DNA of 64,000 nt, from the NCBI GenBank assembly GCA_030390025.1, contig CM059432.1:121894001-121958000 (forward strand), written 5' to 3'. Position numbers and translations under genes: made by a program. The number at the start of each line of letters is the position of its first letter. The first letter of the stretch is position 1. The notes beneath the pieces were generated by a model. It saw only the letters and a program-made list of their open reading frames with translations. It was not told the origin of the DNA and ran no database searches. This DNA comes from Squalus acanthias (lineage: Eukaryota). Shown here piece by piece: positions 57,112-64,000 of this stretch.

Positions 57112-59578
57112 GGGCCTTGAAATTCGATGGCACCCTACCTGTTTCTCAGGCGCAAAATGGGAGCCTAAGGATACATGATGGTGGGCGGGACGCCTGCACT
57201 CATTCTGTGCCAGAAGTGTGTCGCCCGCCATATTGGTAAAGGCAGAAATAGAGGCGTCCAGACCCGTGCCTGAAACAGGCTTGAGGCCCTTTGCATATGG
57301 ATCATTGATCCTCTAGAGTCTGCTTGCCTGCAGGTCAATAGGAGTCCTGAGATGCAGTCCGATATCAGGGGCTGTCATGCAATGGGAATGGAACGTGTTG
57401 CCATCCCTCAGGATGACAGCACATCTCCACTTGCACAACCCCCTCAAACAATACCCAACCTGGTCCCAGAAAGCCAGCATACGCCAAATTGCTGCAGTCT
57501 GCAGGTAGGCCCAGTCAATCCCGAGCTTCTAGAGATCGGCAACTACAAGCAGCTCATGAGCCCTTGAATGAGCTATGTTAGTTGATATGAATATCAATGT
57601 TGGCCTTTGCGTAGTTACAGTTTATTTGAGAGTGAAAAGATTGGGAGAGATGTTGGATAATGCAAGGGGCAGGGAACTGCTGCTGAATAGCTCTGGCTGC
57701 TGGCAATCATTAGATCCCTCTCACTTCCTTGCCATATTCTGTGTCATCAGTGTCCCCTCCCTCATGGTGAAGGTCCTCATCCAATGGTAGCTCCATGTGT
57801 CATCCCCATTGCAGAGCAAAGTTATGCAGCACTCACCAGTAACATAAGGGAGTTGTATTGCAGGATGCCACCAGACCTGTCCAGGCATCAGAATTGTTGC
57901 TTGACGACTTCAGTGGTCTGCTTGATGAGGACTCTACTTGACCCATTATTTTAGTGCAGTCCTGCCACCAATTGTGGCTTCCTGAGAGGAGTCATGAGCC
58001 AGGTGTGCAGGGGTTAGCCTTTGTACCAAGCAGCGAGCCTGTCCCTCGCTGTGCAGGGGCAAAGAGTGAGGGACTAAGGATTGCTGCAATATAAAAACAT
58101 CATGACAGCTGCCAGGAAAGCAGGCGCAGACCTGCGTGATAAGCTGATGGTAGTCAAACACCAGTTGCACATTATTACAGTGGAAGCCCTTGCAATTCAT
58201 GAAAGCAATGAGGTTGTGTGAAGAAGCCCACAGGGTAAAGTGGGTGCAGTCAATAACGTCCTGGACTTGGGGGTGATTCTGCATTCTGTGCTAATGCCTC
58301 TCCTGCTGCTTCCGGTCGTCTACGGAGAAAGTGATGGAAGCTCTAGAAAATATGGCATCAGTCACCTGCTTAATGCAAGCATGAACTGCAGACGGACTGA
58401 TGTTGCTGATATCCCCTGTAGCAACCTGGAAAGTGCTGGAGACAAAGGGCTGCAGTGAACTTGACTGCTGTGCTAGCTATTGGCAGTTCATTGCAGGAAT
58501 GCTTGCAGAAGGCAACATAACTCTGTCATAGCCTCCCTAGAAAAGCAAAGCCTCCTTCTGCACTGCTCCTCAGAGAACTGTAAGTATGTCGACTCGGGCC
58601 ACTAGACTCTGTTGAGGAGGTATCGATTCCTGTGAGCCGTCCTCCTATTTGCTGTCCCTGCTGCTCTGTTTGCTTTCTTCTGCTCCCCCTCCTCCTCTTG
58701 CCAGAGTAGAACTGGCAGTAGGGTCCCCCAGGAAGTAAAAAGTACATTGTCAGAAGCCCCTTAAGAGTTCAGAGTGTCCTACAGCTATTAAAAGCATTTT
58801 GAAATTGTCTAGGTAGCCAAAAACCAAAACAAGCAAAACATCTCCCAAAACTTTCTAGCATTTTACCTGAGAGCAACAAATATCGCTGGAAATGGCCACC
58901 TCCCGATTTGTACCACCCACGGTGGTAGCATCATGGGCAATGACGAAAATGGCACTGGGGTCGTAACTACGTCAGCTGACCCTGATTTGCATTGATTAAT
59001 GAGGCGCCAGCCTGTTTGTAGCGGTAAAGAAAGAAAGACTTACATTTCTATAGTGCCTTTCACAACCACCGGATGTCCCAAAACGTTTTACAGCCAATGA
59101 AGTATTTTTTGAAATGCAGTCACTGTTGTAATGTAGGAAATGCAGCAGCCAATTTGTGCACAGCAAGCTCCCACAAACAGCAATATGATAGTGACCAGAT
59201 AATCTGTTTTTTTAGATGTTGATTGAGAGATAAATATTGGCCAGGACACCAGGGATAACTCCCCTGCTCTTCTTCGAAATAGTGCCATAGGATCTTTTTA
59301 TGTCAACCTGAGAGAGCAGACGGGGCCTCGGTTTAGCTTCTCATCTGAAAGACGGCACCTCCGACAGTACCGGTCTGGAGTGTCAGCCTAGAGTCTCTGG
59401 AGTGGGACTCAAACTCACAACCTTTTAACTCAGAGGTGAGAGTGCTACCCACTGAGCCACAGCTGATACGCTGGTGAGGTGGAAATCTGGAACGGGTAGA
59501 AATCCAACGGTAAGTCGGCATTTCAACTGTACACCAATTTTGGTCCCGCTAATTGTAGGCGCAAACAAAAATCACCCT
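57112..59578 (-). mobile_element. Decayed Harbinger element with transposase pseudogene (~57800-58600)
   Basis: PQVQDVIDCTH..F.N.KGFH..NVQLV.D..I..V.A.FPGSCHD.FILQQS; end GGGCCTTGAAATTC at 57112; far boundary approximate. Confidence 0.78.
59026..59466 (-). mobile_element. Deu-domain SINE, second copy
   Basis: Reverse-complement match to 44991-45449. Confidence 0.8.
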
Positions 59579-60571
59579 CATAGTATGGCATTTTTTAAAC
59601 TTTTAAACCAGATTGACCGCAAGTTTTTTTTTCCAGTCTTGTATAGTCGCATGTTCCTATTATGAGTTTTTCTTTCTTATTAAAAGTCACAGTCAGGATA
59701 TAAATCACAATCAGCTGAAAGGGTCAAACTTTGGTAAATGGCTGAAGTGTCAATCAACCTCTGTCCACCCTGGGAATTTCATGCTCAAGGCTTTTGATGT
59801 CTGTCTTTTACTTTAAACTTTCGCCACTTAAATTAAGCGTTTGTTTATTGTTCTTTAGATTTTTATTGAGCCTTGCTGTTGCAGCGCAACCACAATACAC
59901 AGACTTCAGGATTAATTACAAACTGTAATGCATCAGCGTCTGCCACTTCAGGTTATTGGCTTCTACATCATTGCTATCTCCATCAGATGTCTGTTGAGGG
60001 TGGTTGGAATGGTTTTATGGATGGGCACCGAGTGAGCAGCAATGATGTAATGGACTCCTTCAAAAAGTTTCATTCCACTCAACTTCTAGCGTTTCCTAGA
60101 ATTTGAAAGAGTTTAAAGGGACCACAAATTGTGTGGAACAGATGTGCCAGCGAGTGCAGTTGAGAGCTAATTACGTTCCATTATGCTCTGATTTGTCTTA
60201 CTGATTGGTATAGGGTCCTGACTTTTACACATTGTTACAACTAACCTTTTATCCAGGAGATTGGCCCTGTGTTCGGTCGTGATTATACACGTGTAATCTC
60301 TAATGACACTAACCCTCCGATTAGATCATTGATTTTGAATGAATGTGTATACAATTCAGTCTAATAGCTGCCTCGCCAGTGAGCATTATCAAATTTAAAG
60401 AGAGAAAATAGCCATTACTGAGCTTCATTTTCAGCAAACCATTAATACAGGTCTATGTGGGGTTTAGTAAATCCAGCTAAGTATTTTGAAGTGCATGAAC
60501 TGTAGGAATGTACTTGGGGTTATTTCTTTTAATGTTTGCCATGCATATCCTGAGGAAAGCTAATACTAGTC

Positions 60572-61238
60572 ATAGCCTATTTCCACCTGCGTAACATCGC
60601 CCGTCTCCGCCCCGCCTCAGCTCATCTGCTGCTGAAACCCCCATCCATGACTTTGTTACCTCTAGACTTGACTATTCCAATGCACTCCTGGCTGGCCTCC
60701 CACGTTCTATTCTACATAAATTTGAGGTCATCAAAAACTCGACTGCCCGTGTCCTAACTCGCACCAAGTCCCGTTCACCCATCACCCCTGTGCTCGCTCA
60801 CCTACATTGGCTCCCGGTTAAGCAACGCCTTGATTTCAAAATTCTCATCCTTGTTTTCAAATCCCTCCATGGCCTCACCCCTCCCTATCTCTGTAATCTC
60901 CTTCAGCCCCACAACCCTCCGAGATATCTGCGCTCCTCTAATTCTGCCCTCTTGAGCATCCCTGACTATAATCGCTCAACCATCGGTGGCCGTGCCTTCT
61001 GTTGCCTAGGCCCTCAGCTTGGAATTCCCTCCCTAAATCTCTCCGCCTCGCTACCTCTCTTTCCTCCTTTAAGACGCTCCTTAAAACCTACCTCTTTGAC
61101 CAAGCTTTTGGTCATCTGCCCTAATTTCTTCTTATGTGGCTCGGTGCCAAATTTTTGTCTTATAATACTCCTGTGAAGCACCTTGGGATGTCTTACTATG
61201 TTAAAGGCGCTGTATAAATACAAGTTGTTGTTGTTATT
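60572..61238 (+). mobile_element. L2 LINE 3' fragment
   Basis: LAHLHWLPVKQRLDFKILILVFKSLHGLTPPYL..LRSS..RSTIGGRAF; L2 tail. Confidence 0.9.
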
Positions 61239-61779
61239 GCATGCTTGGAGCTGGTGGTGGGAGTGATACCTTTATTTACCTTTCGAATTTCATTAGAAAC
61301 TTCAGTTTCCTTTGATGTTTCCTAACAATTGAGTGCTGGGAGTGCGCATTGGAGCACGAAGCCTAACTGAGGAGTGGGAAAATACTGGTGTAATCGCCCA
61401 TTCACTCAGTTTCTGATCTGTGAAATGCTGAACAGGCTGCTGCCAGGTAGAACTTGTGTCATCTCCCAGCGGAGGGAAGGGAAATTCCGATTAGGTATAA
61501 TTGTCAGATTGCTATCCACCTTCCAGGGGCTGGCCAATAGGAGGCAGGCGAAGATCCAGATGCAAGTCAAAGCTCTCGTCAACAGAGTAGGATCTAGTGG
61601 GACCTAAAAGTTCTCTCGGCAGAAAACGTACTGACAAATAGATACTCTGAATAAAAATAAATTTAGCAATGCTAAGCATTTTGGTCAGATCTTTAGACCG
61701 AATTAAACAATCTCCAAAGTTAGGAACATTGTAATCAAATATGAAGCCAAATTCTAAAGGAGACCAACTTTACATTCCC

Positions 61780-62770
61780 AAGCACGAATTCTAACCTAAA
61801 AAAAAGGAGTGGGTTGGGGGCGTGAAGGTGGTTAAAGTGTTAAAAATCTGAATCCCGACCTGAACTCGCCTCCAACCCGCCCACTTCCGGTTTTAACGAT
61901 GGCGGGATGGGGGACAGGACAGGGGGTGGGCAGTCAATCTATTGCCAGTAGGTGGGATGTCTATTTAAGTATTATAATGAGGCTGGAAGCCTCTTCTTCA
62001 ACCTCCATTTTATCTTTAACTTTAGCTGGTCAGGTTTTGCAAGCCTCCTGAAACCTGCCAGCTAAAGGAAGGCGAGGACTGCTGGATCCAGGAGGTAAGT
62101 GTCTTTACACTTACCTTCTGAATCCAAGGCCCCTTCCTAACCCACCCCCCGTGATTGGAGATCCCCTCACAAGGCCTCCGATCCCACCCACCCTGTCCTC
62201 CAATTTCCACCCCCACCCAGGCCTCCCCGCCCGACCCCCCCCCCCCCCAGGCCTCTGATTTCCCCCCCTCCCCAAGGCCTCTGATCCCCCCACGAGGCCT
62301 CCCCCCCCAGGCCTCCGATCCCCCCATGAGGCCTTCCCACCGCTCCTCCGGCCTTCCCCGTGCTGCTCCCGCCCCCCGGTCCTCACCCGACCACCACCAC
62401 CTCCGTGCTGCTCCTCCAGCCACTCCGCAGCACGCGATCTTCTTGAGACCCCCCCCCCCCCCCATGCTCCTCCTGGCCCACAATCGCTAATAGAACCCCC
62501 CGTGCTCCTCCGCCCACACCCCGTCCCCCATGCCATCCCTCCCTCCCTCCTCTGTGCTGCCTAGTGTCGCAGGCCTACCCGCCCGGAGCCAGCCAGCCTC
62601 TCCATCTGGTTGGTTGCGGGTGGGAAACAGAGGCTTTCCATGCAAATCAGGCCCTGCCATTAAATTCGGCAGGGCCTGTGGGAAACCCATTCTCCTGGGT
62701 TTCCCGACTGCTTCGGAGCCCCCCACCCCCCGCCCCACCCCAACCCGCCTTCCCCATTAAAATTCAGCCC
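61780..62770. mobile_element. Probable Harbinger-type MITE with an internal C-rich tandem repeat (~62150-62350)
   Basis: Right end AAAATTCAGCCC; internal AGGCCTC(C/T)GATCCCCCC repeats; left end degenerate. Confidence 0.5.
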
Positions 62771-63049
62771 TATTAATTTCTGTACGTACAAAGGTGTTGC
62801 TGCTCTGACAACAAAAAATCCATGACCTGTTCATGCATCAGAGTAACTGTGAAATTGAACCCCAGAGGGATTGGTACTACGAAATATGCAGTATGTGGAA
62901 ATGTACCACTAAAAATATTATCAGCAATTTAGCAATGAAATCGCTATGGAAACCAATGCATATGAAAATATTTCTGAGTGGTCATTGAGAGGAAAAGGTT
63001 GAACATAGATAAGAAAGAACTTGCATTGATATAGCCTCCTTCACAATCT

Positions 63050-63471
63050 CAGATACAGTAGAGGTTGACATTTTGCTCTCTACGTTTTTATTGGAGCAGT
63101 TTGGCTACGAAGATCGTATCAGTTGTGCCTCTTCCCTTTCTGAACCCACATTGACTGTCTGGTAGGATTTATTCAGCAATGTGTTGATAAAAGCGATTAA
63201 GCATCACTATTGCAAGGATCTTTCCAGCAACGATAAGTACAGAGATTCCCTGGTGATTATCACAGATAAAATGATTTCCCTTTCCCCTGTAGAGGTGGAC
63301 AATTGAAGTATCTTTGAACTCCTGGGGGATCTTTTCTGACTAGTTTGTTGAGGCATTTGACTAAGTGGTCGCTAGAAGATTTGTATAGCTCATCTGGGAT
63401 AGCATCAGAACCAGGGGTCTTCCCATTTGAGAGCAGTCGGATGGCAGTTGCAGTTTCTAAAATAGTAGTGT
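63050..63471 (-). mobile_element. Decayed RTE-clade RT fragment, cut by the Gypsy insertion
   Basis: AIRLLSNGKTPGSDAIPDELYK, then in shifted frames GKILA..LNR and QCGFRKGRGTTDTIF. Confidence 0.75.
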
Positions 63472-64000
63472 TGTGGCTGCCGCGAAACACGAATTAAGGC
63501 CGAGTCCATGTGTGGAACACAAAGCTTTTAATTACATCTGCCTGGTAAAATGGCTGCTAACAAACTGATCTGGAAACTCTGAGGCCACACCCACTCCTTT
63601 TCTCCTGCCTTAAAGGCAGCATGCGCCTTAAAGGCAAGGTGCCCGATTTATTGTCCACGGACGGAAAAGTGGATTGCGCCCGTTTAGGTGGTGATCCGCC
63701 ACACAGCTCCCCCCAGAATCCTCTTAGGAGGTGTGGACGAGACGGTGCGGCGGTCTGATGGGTCGGCCGGAGCGGCTCTTGTAGGACGCCGGTGGACGTG
63801 GAACGGCCGGGCGTGGAGCAGCCGGGTGAACCGGCTTGAGGGCAGGTCGGCCGCGTGGCGGTGAACGAGCTACAGGGACCTGCTCACTGGGCTCCGAGTG
63901 TGCTGGCTTGAGTCGGTCAACCGACACTTTTTCGGTCCTGTCGCCCACTTACAGGGTGAAAAATTTGTCCCCAGCCTGTAGCACCTTGTAGGGCCCGTCG
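63472..64000 (-). mobile_element. 3' end of a Ty3/Gypsy LTR retrotransposon: integrase C-terminus, PPT and 232-bp 3' LTR (63472-63703)
   Basis: DGPYKVLQAGDKFFTL*VGDRTEKVSVDRLKPAH (GPY/F module, one in-frame stop) and SRSGRPIRPPHRL; PPT GGGGGGAGC (63714-63706); LTR termini TGTGGC...GCCACA. Confidence 0.88.

Noticed and set aside
61280..61604. Possible - strand host exon (CTTTTAG acceptor, AAG/GTAAAT donor)
   Set aside because: The frames I translated hit stops and show no recognisable protein; at most a non-coding exon, unsupported without RNA data.
62022..62536. Gly-rich and Pro-rich ORFs
   Set aside because: Products of a C/G-rich tandem repeat inside a MITE-like element.

Overview
Eukaryotic, repeat-dense DNA that reads as intergenic or intronic. 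The repeat content (abundant CR1 and L2 LINEs, a Deu-domain SacSINE1-like SINE, Penelope pseudo-LTR) points to a cartilaginous fish (shark); this is an inference. No host protein-coding exon could be supported. The centrepiece is an apparently intact, young 4.3-kb autonomous PIF/Harbinger DNA transposon (2706-6994, TSD TAG). It carries a single-exon 386-aa DDE transposase on the - strand and a convergent three-exon Myb/SANT (trihelix) DNA-binding gene on the + strand, which I splice to an uninterrupted 488-aa frame that the ORF track misses. Around it are three ~890-bp non-autonomous derivatives (one looks chimeric), a second hairpin- and splice-donor-rich MITE family, and at least four decayed Harbinger copies. 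The window also holds a near full-length RTE LINE with a 12-bp TSD and an unexplained 5' extension, an 88-bp-arm Penelope palindrome encoding a hammerhead-like ribozyme on both strands, a ~1.8-kb LTR with a PPT, the 3' end of a Gypsy element, many nested CR1/L2 fragments and SINEs, and a few TE-free TAAT-rich islands that may be conserved non-coding elements. Boundaries of decayed repeats are approximate.
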